DNA from: a bacterium
GTDB taxonomy: Bacteria; SAR324; NAC60-12
Assembly (NCBI GenBank): GCA_965209155.1
Contig: OZ242383.1
Coordinates: 1,728,001 to 1,792,000, forward strand
DNA length: 64,000 bases
Reading direction: 5' to 3'
Shown here: one piece after another, positions 29,797 to 39,422 of the stretch
Layout: every line of letters starts with the position of its first letter
How positions within the stretch are numbered: position 1 is the first letter of the stretch
Made by a program: the position numbers and the translations under genes
Notes under the pieces: generated by a model
Told to the model about the DNA's origin: nothing
The model's database searches: none
What the model saw: only the letters and a program-made list of their open reading frames with translations

Positions 29797-30725
29797 ATGC
29801 TCTCGATAGTTCAAAAGTATATTAGTTCCATTTCATCGACAGCCCCCCTCGAGGCTCTTCAAGAAGCCTGTCAACTCTTTGAAAAAGAACGAGAACAGTG
29901 GAAGCAAGAGCGATTAGCACTCCTCAAACGTATTGAAGCTCTCGAAACAGAAAATAAGCAACTTCGGGATCAGTTGGCTCTCAACAGCCAAAACTCAAGT
30001 AAGCCTCCTTCCAGCGATCCAAGTCGAAAGAACAAAAGTTTGCGTAAAAGCAGGGGTCGCTCTCGCGGAGGTCAACCCGGTCATCAAGGCCATCATTTGC
30101 CTTTCAGTGAATCACCAGATCATGTGGAGCCTCATTTTGTCAGCACCTGTGAAGCCTGTGGAGAAGATTTATCCCAGGTGATGGTTGAGGCCCGGCATAA
30201 ACGCCAAGTGTTTGATCTTCCCCCGCTCCAATTAGAGGTCACCGAGCACCAGGTGGAACAAAAAATTTGTCCCTGCTGCCGGCATCTGAATCGCTCGAGC
30301 TTTCCAGCAGGGATAGAGGGACCCACTCAATATGGTCCCCGGATCAAAGGCTTAGCGGTTTATCTCAATCAATATCAGTTTCTGCCCTTTGATCGATGCC
30401 AGCAATTCTTTCCAAACAGAGCAAAGCCAAAAATTTACTCGATCGCTTGATCCTCTATGAAAAGGAAAGCTTGTTATTCATGGATGACTTCCGGGTTCCT
30501 TTTGACAACAACCAAGCCGAGCGAGATATACGCATGGTTAAATTGAAACAGAAAATCTCAGGCGGCTTCCGAACGGCTGAAGGATCGCAGGCTTTTTGTA
30601 CCATCCGAGGAGTTCTTTCCACTACCAGAAAACAGGGAAAACCCATCTTCGAGATGCTCACACAGGCTTTGTCTCTCCCGAATCCAGTCCGGGACAAGCT
30701 TTTACCTGTGCCTCCTTGTTACTGA
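29797..30725 (+). pseudogene. IS66-family transposase, internally deleted and frameshifted
   Basis: Coiled coil, NSQNSSKPPSSD, GGQPGHQG, CxxC...RQVFDLP...CPCC, QYGP; jump near 30410 to KAKNLLDRL...[27 protein letters not shown]. Confidence 0.9.
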
Positions 30726-30754
30726 AACTCCCCTTTTTTTAAACGTTTCGCCCC

Positions 30755-30925
30755 TTGCGGGCCAAACGTATTCCTGGCGAACATAGCATCGTCAATGCGA
30801 TTTTGTATGTCGTGAAAACGGGTTGTCAGTGGAGTATGCTCCTCAATGATTTACCTCCCTGGCAAAGCGTTTACGATCATTATCGCCATTGGAAAAAACA
30901 CTGGATTGTGGAGTGAACCTTCGCT
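30755..30925 (+). pseudogene. IS5-family transposase N-terminal remnant
   Basis: IVNAILYVVKTGCQWSMLLNDLPPWQSVYDHYRHWKK|HWIVE*TFA. Confidence 0.8.
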
Positions 30926-30979
30926 TTTTGGCTCATGATCATAAAGAAGCGGATCTCCCTGATTGATAGATTTTTAATT

Positions 30980-31197
30980 TTTTTACGAATCCTGCATTTT
31001 TTTTTAATTTGGGGGTTGACATTATGCAAGTAGTAGTAGTGCTATAATCATACCATCACTGAGTTTTTTTAGTGAAAGAAGAGGGTTTCCGATCGATGGA
31101 ACAATATCGTGGGAGGACTTGAAAACGATCAGTCCTCTCTGGAAATTTTTTTCAACGTTATTTGACTAAACGGGTTTTCAGAGACCTGAATAGTTAC
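30980..31197 (+). repeat. Structured ~215-bp right-end module, copy 1, with outward promoter
   Basis: Collinear with 46324-46540; TTGACA at 31016, extended -10 TGCTATAAT at 31040-31048; ends in AGAGACCTGAATAGTTAC. Confidence 0.85.
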
Positions 31198-31226
31198 AAT
31201 TCAATAATATTTGATAGGAGATAATT

Positions 31227-32933
31227 ATGAAAAAGATAAAAAGCAGCTTGAAAATCATTAAAAAATTACTGGTCATTGCCTTAGCCATAGGGGTGACTTT
31301 GGGAAGCTTCGTCTTTTCAGCAACAGCAGAGGAACCGAAATACGGGGGGACGCTTACCGTTGCACCACCTGTTATACATTCTGGCAATTTTCCCCTCTCG
31401 TGGGACCCGGCGGACCATGACTTCAGCTTCAACGGTGTCGGCAAGGTCTATATGGATTCCCTACTAGGGGGAGACATAGATTGGCTCGGACCCAGAGGTA
31501 AAAATGTATATAGCTTTCAACTGAACGACGGCACGCCTCTCGATATGATTACAGGCCAGTTAGCCGAACGCTGGGAATTCACTAAAGAGGGGATGATCTT
31601 CCACCTGCGTAGAGGGATTCAATTCCAGGGGAAGCCGGGCGTAATGAAATCCAGAGAGATGACCGCTGATGATGTAGTGTTTAGCCTTAGACGTGCTATA
31701 GATAGCCCTAAAAGAACATTTAAGTATGGCTGGTATAAATCCATAGAAGTTGTGGATAAGTACACGGTTCTGGTCAAGATGAATTACCATTCTAGTAGAT
31801 ACGGGTGGGATTTTGCCTATGGATGGATGTCGATGATATATCCTAAAGAACTGGTGGATGCAGGTATTAAAGATTGGAAAAATCACCTTGGAACCGGACC
31901 CTTCGTCCTGACAGATTATGTCTCCGGTAGTTACCTGGCCTTTGACAGAAACGACAACTACTGGGACAGGACGGTAGTTGACGGGAAGGCGTATAAATAC
32001 CCGTTTGTAAAAAAGCTTCTATTCCCCTTCATTCCGGAACCGGATAGCTTGGTAGCAGCCCTGCGGTCAGGGAAGCTTGACCAAGTGGGTGAAATTACTT
32101 CGACTTATAGGGAGAGTTTAGCAAAGTCAAACCCCGAGCTGAAGCACATTCGAAAAGAAAATGGGGGTACAACGCACATAGGCCTGAGAGATGACAAGGC
32201 ACCTTGGAATAATAAGAAGGTTCGTCTGGCGGCAAACATGGCCTTAGACCGTAAAAGCATACTTGACTCGTTGTATCAAGGCGATGGGACAATCCATAAC
32301 ATGCCATTTGCCACAGGATGGAAGAGCGTATATACCCCCATGCAAGAGCTTCCAGCAGCAGCCCGGGCGCGTTATGAATATAATCCGGAAAAGGCAAAGC
32401 AGCTTCTGGCTGATGCTGGCTATCCAGATGGCTTCAAGACTTCTATCATAGTATCGCCTTGGGGAAAGGAGATAGTGGAAGCGGTTGCAGGCTACTGGGC
32501 GCAAGTCGGCATTGAGTTGAATATGGAGAATGTGGAAAATAGTGCCTACTGGGGCATCTGGGGCTCTAAAGAATGGCCGGAACTGCTCTCCTACAGCTTC
32601 GGATACACGGACTACCTCATGGCTCTTGCCGGGTTGGGCCCGGAAGGGGGATTTGATATAACATTTTGGTCGGACCCCAAATATAAAGAGATGATTCACA
32701 AGATAGAAACCAACTTAGACCAGGCTGAGCAATTAAAGATGCTTAAAGAGGCAGGGATATACTTCAATATACACGCTCCGCACCTGTCCCTGCCTCAACC
32801 AAACTTTTACACTTATTGGCAGCCGTGGGTAAAGAATTATGCCGGTGAAATTAATGCGGGTTATTACGATTCCGGTCATGTATATTCACGCGTATGGTTG
32901 GACCTGGATCTGAAGAAAAAAATGGGGTACTAA
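31227..32933 (+). CDS. ABC transporter substrate-binding protein, family 5
   Basis: Signal peptide, PKYGGTL, LAERWE, REMTADDV, GTGPF, YNPEKAKQLLADAGYPDGF. Confidence 0.92.
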   Translation: MKKIKSSLKIIKKLLVIALAIGVTLGSFVFSATAEEPKYGGTLTVAPPVIHSGNFPLSWDPADHDFSFNGVGKVYMDSLLGGDIDWLGPRGKNVYSFQLNDGTPLDMITGQLAERWEFTKEGMIFHLRRGIQFQGKPGVMKSREMTADDVVFSLRRAIDSPKRTFKYGWYKSIEVVDKYTVLVKMNYHSSRYGWDFAYGWMSMIYPKELVDAGIKDWKNHLGTGPFVLTDYVSGSYLAFDRNDNYWDRTVVDGKAYKYPFVKKLLFPFIPEPDSLVAALRSGKLDQVGEITSTYRESLAKSNPELKHIRKENGGTTHIGLRDDKAPWNNKKVRLAANMALDRKSILDSLYQGDGTIHNMPFATGWKSVYTPMQELPAAARARYEYNPEKAKQLLADAGYPDGFKTSIIVSPWGKEIVEAVAGYWAQVGIELNMENVENSAYWGIWGSKEWPELLSYSFGYTDYLMALAGLGPEGGFDITFWSDPKYKEMIHKIETNLDQAEQLKMLKEAGIYFNIHAPHLSLPQPNFYTYWQPWVKNYAGEINAGYYDSGHVYSRVWLDLDLKKKMGY

Positions 32934-32962
32934 CAGGTGATGCCCAATAATAGGCTGAAAAT

Positions 32963-33934
32963 ATGATTCCTTATCTAATCAGGAGAATCCTGCTAATCAT
33001 ACCTGTCCTGATCCTGGCGTCGCTGGTGGTCTTCACGATTATACGCCTCATTCCAGGTGATATTGTAGCTTTGATGTTGACGGGGGGTGGATCGTCGGGT
33101 ATGGGCATGGAAAACAGGGAGGCGGTTGAGCGGGCCCTGGGGCTGAATGTGCCAATCCATGTCCAGTATGGCGAGTGGATAGGGAATATTATTTTGCATG
33201 GCGACTTCGGTAACTCCTTGTGGTCAGGAACCCCCGTCATAGAGGAAATAGCCCAGAAAATACCGGTAACCATCGAGCTTGTCTTGCTCAGTCTCGTGTT
33301 TGCGGTAATAATAGCCTTCCCTATCGGTATATATTCAGCGATACGTCAGGATACTGTTGGCGACTATGTATGGCGTAGTTTTGCTATCCTCCTGATCTGT
33401 GTTCCTCCCTTCTGGGTAGGATTATTAGTAGTGGTTTACTCCTCTTTGTTGTTTCATTGGTCGCCACCCTTGATATATGTTCCTTTCTTTAAAAATCCAG
33501 TGGAAAACCTGTCAATAATGATTATTCCAGCGCTCATTCAAGCCATGTTTCTCGCCGGGATAAATATGAGGATGCTGCGCACCATGATGATTGAGGTCCT
33601 CAGGCAGGATTATATCAGGACTGCCTGGGCAAAGGGACTCAGGGAGAGGACAGTTGTCCTGAGGCATGCTGTGAAGAACGCTCTGATCCCCGTGGTAACT
33701 TTAACAGGAACCACTTTGGTGGCCGTCATCGGTGGCAACGTTATTGTCGAGCGGATATTTAACCTACCTGGTTTGGGTCTCCTGATGTTGCGCTCTGTCG
33801 TCGACAGAGACTATACCATGGTTGTCGGAGTAATGCTCGTTTTTGCCGTTGCTGTAGCATTGATAAATCTGGTGGTGGACCTGACCTATGCCTTGTTAGA
33901 TCCCAGAATTCGTTACCAAACCAAAAAAGGGTAA
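32963..33934 (+). CDS. ABC permease, DppB/OppB-like
   Basis: RTMMIEVLRQDYIRTAWAKGL, FNLPGLG, LDPRIRY. Confidence 0.95.
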   Translation: MIPYLIRRILLIIPVLILASLVVFTIIRLIPGDIVALMLTGGGSSGMGMENREAVERALGLNVPIHVQYGEWIGNIILHGDFGNSLWSGTPVIEEIAQKIPVTIELVLLSLVFAVIIAFPIGIYSAIRQDTVGDYVWRSFAILLICVPPFWVGLLVVVYSSLLFHWSPPLIYVPFFKNPVENLSIMIIPALIQAMFLAGINMRMLRTMMIEVLRQDYIRTAWAKGLRERTVVLRHAVKNALIPVVTLTGTTLVAVIGGNVIVERIFNLPGLGLLMLRSVVDRDYTMVVGVMLVFAVAVALINLVVDLTYALLDPRIRYQTKKG

Positions 33935-33942
33935 ATTAGAAA

Positions 33943-34893
33943 ATGAGCGATGTAAGCGATGCACCGCTAGAGATAGCTGAGCCGAAGGGTCGAGGTGCTT
34001 TCATTAACTTCTTGAAGAGGTTGTTCAAGGAGAAACCACTGGGTGCTGCAGGTTTTACTATCGTCACTATATTTTTGGTTGCCGGGGTTTTTGCTGATTT
34101 CCTGGCCCCTTACGGGATGAACGAATTACACCCAAAAGCATCGCTATCTTCACCTTCAACCCAGCATATTCTGGGAGCAGATCAATTAGGGCGAGACCTG
34201 CTCAGCCGTATTATCTACGGGGCTCGTATCTCTATGGTTGTGGGTTTGTCCTCGGCATCTATTTCGATAATTATCGCCCTAATTCTGGGTATTCCTTCCG
34301 GCTTCTCTGGCGGTAAAGTAGACATGGTGATACAGAGGGTGGTTGATGCCTTTATGTGCTTTCCTGGCCTCATCCTTCTCATCGCCGTATTGTCTCTCAC
34401 CGGGCCGGGGCTGTGGCAGGTAGTTGGCGTTTTAGGCTTTGTCGTTGGAATACACAGCACACGGGTGATAAGAAGCGCTGTTATCGACATTAAAGAGAAT
34501 GTGTATGTGGAAGCGGCAAAGGCTATTGGCTGTAAAACCTCAAGAATATTTATACGGCATATCATGCCCAATATTATGGCTCCCACCATTATCCTCTTTT
34601 CGCTCAATGTGCCCAATCTGATTATAGCTGAGGCTTCTCTCAGTTTCCTCGGTCTCGGTATCCCTCCCCCCCATCCCAGCTGGGGGGGTATGCTGAGTCT
34701 GGAAGGACGTAAATATTTTCTCTTGTCCCCGTGGATATCTTTATGGCCCGGTCTTGCCCTGGTTATTGCAGTCTTTGGTATGAATGTCTTCGGCGATGCC
34801 CTCAGGGACATCGTGGATCCACGATTGAGGGGTGGTACCGGGCGCTTTGATGCGCTGAAGCTATCTAATTCAAATAAGATCAAGCCCAAATAA
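33943..34893 (+). CDS. ABC permease, DppC/OppC-like
   Basis: LGADQLGRDLLSRIIYGAR, YVEAAKAIG, GDALRDIVDPR. Confidence 0.95.
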   Translation: MSDVSDAPLEIAEPKGRGAFINFLKRLFKEKPLGAAGFTIVTIFLVAGVFADFLAPYGMNELHPKASLSSPSTQHILGADQLGRDLLSRIIYGARISMVVGLSSASISIIIALILGIPSGFSGGKVDMVIQRVVDAFMCFPGLILLIAVLSLTGPGLWQVVGVLGFVVGIHSTRVIRSAVIDIKENVYVEAAKAIGCKTSRIFIRHIMPNIMAPTIILFSLNVPNLIIAEASLSFLGLGIPPPHPSWGGMLSLEGRKYFLLSPWISLWPGLALVIAVFGMNVFGDALRDIVDPRLRGGTGRFDALKLSNSNKIKPK

Positions 34894-34996
34894 AATCTCG
34901 GCCTGGTCTCAGGCTACTGGGGCGGTAAGATGGTATCCCGAAGCGTTTCATGATTAAAGAAACTGAGGATTACTTTTTTTTCCGGAAGGAACCCGA

Positions 34997-36088
34997 ATGA
35001 CAGATGATCACTTGAAAGTGGGAGAACAGCGTGCTTACGAACTGGGCAACCGCGGTCTTCTTGAGTTTGATGTAAATGGCATGTTGAGAGAGGAAATTAC
35101 GGAGGCCTATTGGCGCACGGGCTTTTATGTCTTCGAAGGGGTCGTGCAGGGTGAGGAACTCGACAACCTGATCGCGGAATTCGAGCACCTGCTGACACGC
35201 GCCCCGACATCAAGTACGGCCTCGACCGATGCGGCAGGGCGGCCTGCGATTGGTACCGAATTTGAGCAGCCGAGCTTTCGCTTTGCGAAACCCTTGAGCG
35301 ATCCCTATGGGGGCACGGGGCGATACGGGGCGAAAATGAATGAGCTCGAAGCGCCTGCCGATACTCCGGAGGAAATCCTACTGCACATCGTGGGCGTTTT
35401 GCAGCTGATGGATGCTTGCCTGCGGCTCTATGGCCATCCCCAGCTCTTGTCTGTGGCAGAGCAAATCAACGGACCGGATTTCGCTCCATTTAACGAAACC
35501 ATCTGGGTCAAACACCCTGGCTTAGGTGCCTCGGTGGCATGGCATCAGGATGGCACGACCCATTGGGACAACCCCGAGTTGGATCGGGGCACTCACGGTT
35601 TCAACTACATGGCTCAGCTTTACCCCACCAATCCGGCCAATGCGTTGTGGGTGGTTCCCGGGACCCACCAGCAGGGCAAGCTCGATATCCTGGCCCGGAT
35701 CCAGGCCAATGGGGGTTCAGACCGTCTCCCAGGGGCCGTCCCGATGCTGTGTCAACCAGGCGATGTGGTGATCATGAACCGCCAGGTGTTGCATGGCTCC
35801 TTTGCCAACACCTCACCAGTCATGCGGGCGACTTACCAGTTTGGCTTTCACCGCCGGGCTTCCCTCCTGGGCGTAAAGGGATGGGGTACCGAACCCTACG
35901 ACGAGGCGCGGATCCATGAACGCTCCCGCATCATCGCTCTGGCCATCGATGCCCGTCACCAGTGTTTTCCCCATGAACCGCGCTACCATTACCAGCCGCT
36001 GGCCGACGAGCTGGATTCCCTCCGCTGGAACGATTTCACACGCGAGCACCTTTTGAAAAACTACAACCTGAAAGACATGGGGATTTGA
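34997..36088 (+). CDS. Phytanoyl-CoA dioxygenase (PhyH)-family Fe(II)/2OG oxygenase
   Basis: WHQDG (HxD), LWVVPGTH, PGDVVI...LHGS..N....R. Confidence 0.85.
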   Translation: MTDDHLKVGEQRAYELGNRGLLEFDVNGMLREEITEAYWRTGFYVFEGVVQGEELDNLIAEFEHLLTRAPTSSTASTDAAGRPAIGTEFEQPSFRFAKPLSDPYGGTGRYGAKMNELEAPADTPEEILLHIVGVLQLMDACLRLYGHPQLLSVAEQINGPDFAPFNETIWVKHPGLGASVAWHQDGTTHWDNPELDRGTHGFNYMAQLYPTNPANALWVVPGTHQQGKLDILARIQANGGSDRLPGAVPMLCQPGDVVIMNRQVLHGSFANTSPVMRATYQFGFHRRASLLGVKGWGTEPYDEARIHERSRIIALAIDARHQCFPHEPRYHYQPLADELDSLRWNDFTREHLLKNYNLKDMGI

Positions 36089-36124
36089 GCATTAGCAAAA
36101 ACTCATCTTCATAAAAGGAGTAAC

Positions 36125-37177
36125 ATGAAAAGCAAAGCAGCCATCCAGCCCGCTCCCAGGGAGCGTCTCATCATTGATGAACTCGAGATTCCGGACCCTC
36201 GTCCTGACCAGGTGGTCGTCAAGCTGTTCTCCAGTGGCATCTGTCATTCTCAGCTGAAAGAATTGCAGGGCTCCCCTGCCCATCCATTGGTGGTGGGTCA
36301 CGAAGGCACTGGAGTGGCCATCCAGGTCGGGCAAGAGGTCAAGCATGTGAAGGAAGGCGATCATGTCATCGTAACCTGGGTGCACCAACCCCCCTTGGAG
36401 GCCTGGCCTAAAATTCCTCCCTCCGGAACAACCTTCCGGGGACAGCCTGTGGCGGCCCTTGCCGGAGTGTACACGTGGAGTGAATATACGTTGGCAGAGG
36501 GAGGGTTCGTCGTCCCCATCTCGAAGGATGATCCCACGGATCTCAGCTGTATTGTGGGCTGTGCCGTGCTCACCGGAGCCGGCGCGGTGCTGCACACCGC
36601 CAACGTGAGACCCAACGAATCGGTGGCAGTATTCGGAGTGGGCGGGGTCGGGTTATCCGCGATCCGCATGGCCGCCCTTTTGGAGGCTTATCCCATCATC
36701 GCCGTCGATCTGAAAGACGACAAGCTGGCTTATGCCAAAGAGTTCGGTGCCACCCATGGGGTGAACGCCGGTGAGGGGGATGCGGTGGAAGCAATTGTGG
36801 AATTGACCAGTGGTGGCGTTGACTACGCCTTCGATGCGATTGGGTTACGGGTCACCAATGAGCAGATCCAGCGTGCGACTCGGCCTGGGTGGCATGGAGC
36901 TCATAACCATGGGGGTATGGCCATCCTCATTGGGATCCCGGGATCGGAGATGACGCTGAACCCGCTCAGTTTTATGTTTGAACAAAAACAGTACCGGGGC
37001 AGTCATGGCGCCTGTATTCCTGATCAAGACTTCCCGATGTATCTCCGCTGGCACCGGGAGGGCAAGTTCCCGCTCGACAAACTGGTGACTACCCGCTACC
37101 CACTGGAGCAGGCCAACGAGGCGTGTGATGCCCTGAAAGCCGGTGAGATTCTCGGCCGGGCGATCATCGAGTTTTAA
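36125..37177 (+). CDS. Zn-dependent alcohol dehydrogenase (MDR family) lacking the structural-Zn lobe
   Basis: GICHS, GHEG, GCAVLTG, FGVGGVG; no four-Cys lobe. Confidence 0.88.
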   Translation: MKSKAAIQPAPRERLIIDELEIPDPRPDQVVVKLFSSGICHSQLKELQGSPAHPLVVGHEGTGVAIQVGQEVKHVKEGDHVIVTWVHQPPLEAWPKIPPSGTTFRGQPVAALAGVYTWSEYTLAEGGFVVPISKDDPTDLSCIVGCAVLTGAGAVLHTANVRPNESVAVFGVGGVGLSAIRMAALLEAYPIIAVDLKDDKLAYAKEFGATHGVNAGEGDAVEAIVELTSGGVDYAFDAIGLRVTNEQIQRATRPGWHGAHNHGGMAILIGIPGSEMTLNPLSFMFEQKQYRGSHGACIPDQDFPMYLRWHREGKFPLDKLVTTRYPLEQANEACDALKAGEILGRAIIEF

Positions 37178-37323
37178 GTCGACCTGTCCGAAAATGCGCT
37201 CGACATCTTTCTAAATCATGAGTCTCCTCCCCAGATGAAATCGGGCGCCAGGAAAGCTCATCTTTGATCGGAAAGGGGTCAAATCTTTTTTCGCTTTATT
37301 CAAAATGAGAGGATCGGGGCTAT

Positions 37324-37446
37324 GACGATGAGCTGAGTTGGAATGGCGTCAAAGTGAAGCCCTTGGTTGCCAAAGCAGGTGACGTGGCTCTTTTTGTCTC
37401 CGACATCTGGCACCGGCGGCTACCCACGCAGAAAGGGGACACGGGT
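37324..37446 (+). pseudogene. PhyH-like C-terminal fragment
   Basis: PLVAKAGDVALFVSDIWHRRLP. Confidence 0.6.
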
Positions 37447-37537
37447 GCAGGGGCCATCCAAAAATGTTCGTAAAGATCCAAAGCTGCTCAGGCACCTTGC
37501 ACCCTGAGCACAATTAACCAATTACCAGGAGAAAATC

Positions 37538-37708
37538 GCCAATACCGCCCTCTTTGATATCACTCACCACCCGGCAATGGCCCTTCCTTGTGGGATGTCA
37601 GAGGGTCTACCAGTGAGTTTGCAGCTCATTGGAAAGCATTTTGACGAATCCACCATTTACCGTGCCGCCCATGGATTTCAGGAAGGAACAGATTGGAAGA
37701 AAATGTAA
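37538..37708 (+). pseudogene. Amidase-signature family C-terminal fragment
   Basis: ANTALFDITHHPAMALPCGMSEGLPVSLQLIGKHFDESTIYRAAH...*. Confidence 0.8.
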
Positions 37709-37751
37709 TTCAAAAAGCCTTACTATCGACTCCCAAAATAGAGGTACTTCA

Positions 37752-37912
37752 ATGACTTATGATCCTCGCATACCGGCACGTGAAATTTGTGTTCTTGGTT
37801 ATCAAATCGAACACTGGGCGCTCCAGAAGCCTGGGGCAATCGCAATCATGTTCTATGGTGGCGAGATATGGACCTGGCGTCAAACTTTAGAATTGACACA
37901 ACGCACAGCCAA
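37752..37912 (+). pseudogene. AMP-binding acyl-CoA ligase (CaiC-like) N-terminal fragment
   Basis: RBS GAGG and MTYDPRIPAREICVL..IEHWALQKP...F.GG..WTW. Confidence 0.5.
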
Positions 37913-37988
37913 AGCTCAGGCATGCCGACGCCCTCGGCGTGCCTGCCGAAAGATGAATCAGCATTTTCCGACCCGCTTTACACACTCA

Positions 37989-38040
37989 TTTGCAAAAGGT
38001 AAGGGCTTTTGCAAATTTTTGATTTTCCTATGTGGAAAAT
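37989..38040. promoter_or_regulatory. Two adjacent inverted repeats upstream of the aminotransferase
   Basis: ATTTGCAAAAG-7 nt-CTTTTGCAAAT and ATTTTCC-TATGT-GGAAAAT. Confidence 0.5.
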
Positions 38041-38087
38041 CATTTGCTTAATGTGAAGTCAAGATTTGACCAAAAAAAGGAGCCATT

Positions 38088-39407
38088 ATGACTACAGCGA
38101 CACACGGAGGGTTGAGCGCCTATTGGATGCCCATGACCCCCAATCGAAATTTCAAATCCAATCCCAAGTTGATCGAAACTGCAGAGGGGATGTATTACTA
38201 TTCCTCTGACGGCCAAAAGCTGATGGATAGCATTGCAGGGCTATGGTGCGTCAATGCAGGACATGGTCGTATCGAAATTCAAGAAGCGGTGACCGAGCAA
38301 ATGAAAAAATTGGACTATGCATCCAGTTTCTCATTGGGACATCCGCTGGCCTTTGAGTTTGCTCAAAGACTGGTCACACACGCTCCTGGAGATCTGGATC
38401 ATGTATTCTTCACAAATTCAGGGTCTGAATCCGTCGACACTGCCCTCAAAATCGCATTGAATTATCAGCGCATCAAAGGCGAGGGATCCCGCATCATGCT
38501 CATAGGGCGTCAAAAAGCATACCACGGAATGGGTTTTGGAGGCTTGACGGTGGGTGGATTGACCCCCCATCGAAAGTCGTTTGGACCTTTGTTGCCTGTT
38601 CGAGACCACTTGCCTCATACGATGCCTCCCGAAGGAAAAAAATATGCCAGAGGATTGCAGGACGAAAATGAATTTTTAGATCAGGCCTTTGAAGAGATGG
38701 TTGCCTTTCATGATCCTTCCAACATTGCAGCAGTGATTGTCGAACCTGTGGCAGGAGGGGGTGGAGTGATCGTACCCCCAAAAAACTATCTCAAGCGCAT
38801 GCGCGAAATTTGTGATCAGCATGGGATTTTGCTCATTTTCGATGAAGTGGTCACTGGATTTGGGCGATTGGGCAGCAGTTTTGCAGCCAAACGATTTGAT
38901 GTGATCCCTGACTTGATGACCACTGCAAAAGGAATCACCAATGGAAACATCCCAATGGGAGCTGTTTTCGTACGAAAGCATATTTATAACACCTTCATGT
39001 CGATTCCAGAAGAAGGAATGGAATTGTTTCATGGCTACACCTATTCAGGGCATCCTGTCGCCTGCGCGGCAGGAATGGCGACACTCAACATTTATGAAAA
39101 TGAAGGATTGTTTGATCGAACAGCGGGATTGGAAGATCACTGGGAAAACTCAGCACACAATCTTAAAGATTTTCCTCATGTCAAAGATATAAGGAATCTA
39201 GGATTGATGGCTGCTGTGGAGCTCGAATCTCGACCTGACCAGTTTGGGGCAATTGGTGCAGAGGTGTTCGCCAAATGCTACGAAAAAGGAATCCTCATGA
39301 GGAGTCTGGGGGACACTTTAGCGTTTTCTCCTCCTTTGATTATTGAAAAAGAAGAAATTGACCAAATTTTTGAGACCGTTGGAGAGGTTTTAAAAGAAAT
39401 CAACTAA
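38088..39407 (+). CDS. Class III omega-amino acid:pyruvate aminotransferase
   Basis: YWMPMT, AGLWCVNAGH, NSGSESVDTALK, AYHG, LLIFDEVVTGFGRLG, AKGITNG (PLP lysine), HGYTYSGHP. Confidence 0.93.
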   Translation: MTTATHGGLSAYWMPMTPNRNFKSNPKLIETAEGMYYYSSDGQKLMDSIAGLWCVNAGHGRIEIQEAVTEQMKKLDYASSFSLGHPLAFEFAQRLVTHAPGDLDHVFFTNSGSESVDTALKIALNYQRIKGEGSRIMLIGRQKAYHGMGFGGLTVGGLTPHRKSFGPLLPVRDHLPHTMPPEGKKYARGLQDENEFLDQAFEEMVAFHDPSNIAAVIVEPVAGGGGVIVPPKNYLKRMREICDQHGILLIFDEVVTGFGRLGSSFAAKRFDVIPDLMTTAKGITNGNIPMGAVFVRKHIYNTFMSIPEEGMELFHGYTYSGHPVACAAGMATLNIYENEGLFDRTAGLEDHWENSAHNLKDFPHVKDIRNLGLMAAVELESRPDQFGAIGAEVFAKCYEKGILMRSLGDTLAFSPPLIIEKEEIDQIFETVGEVLKEIN

Positions 39408-39422
39408 AAGGAAGATAAGCTT

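Noticed and set aside
31172..31186. GTTTTCAGAGAC as a truncated first CRISPR repeat
   Set aside because: AGA[GT]AC is also present in the solo ends at 51654 and 52335, so it is better explained as part of the IS66-type end.
37629..38051. 140-aa ORF as a real gene
   Set aside because: It is a chimera of out-of-frame amidase DNA, a CoA-ligase N-terminus and intergenic sequence.
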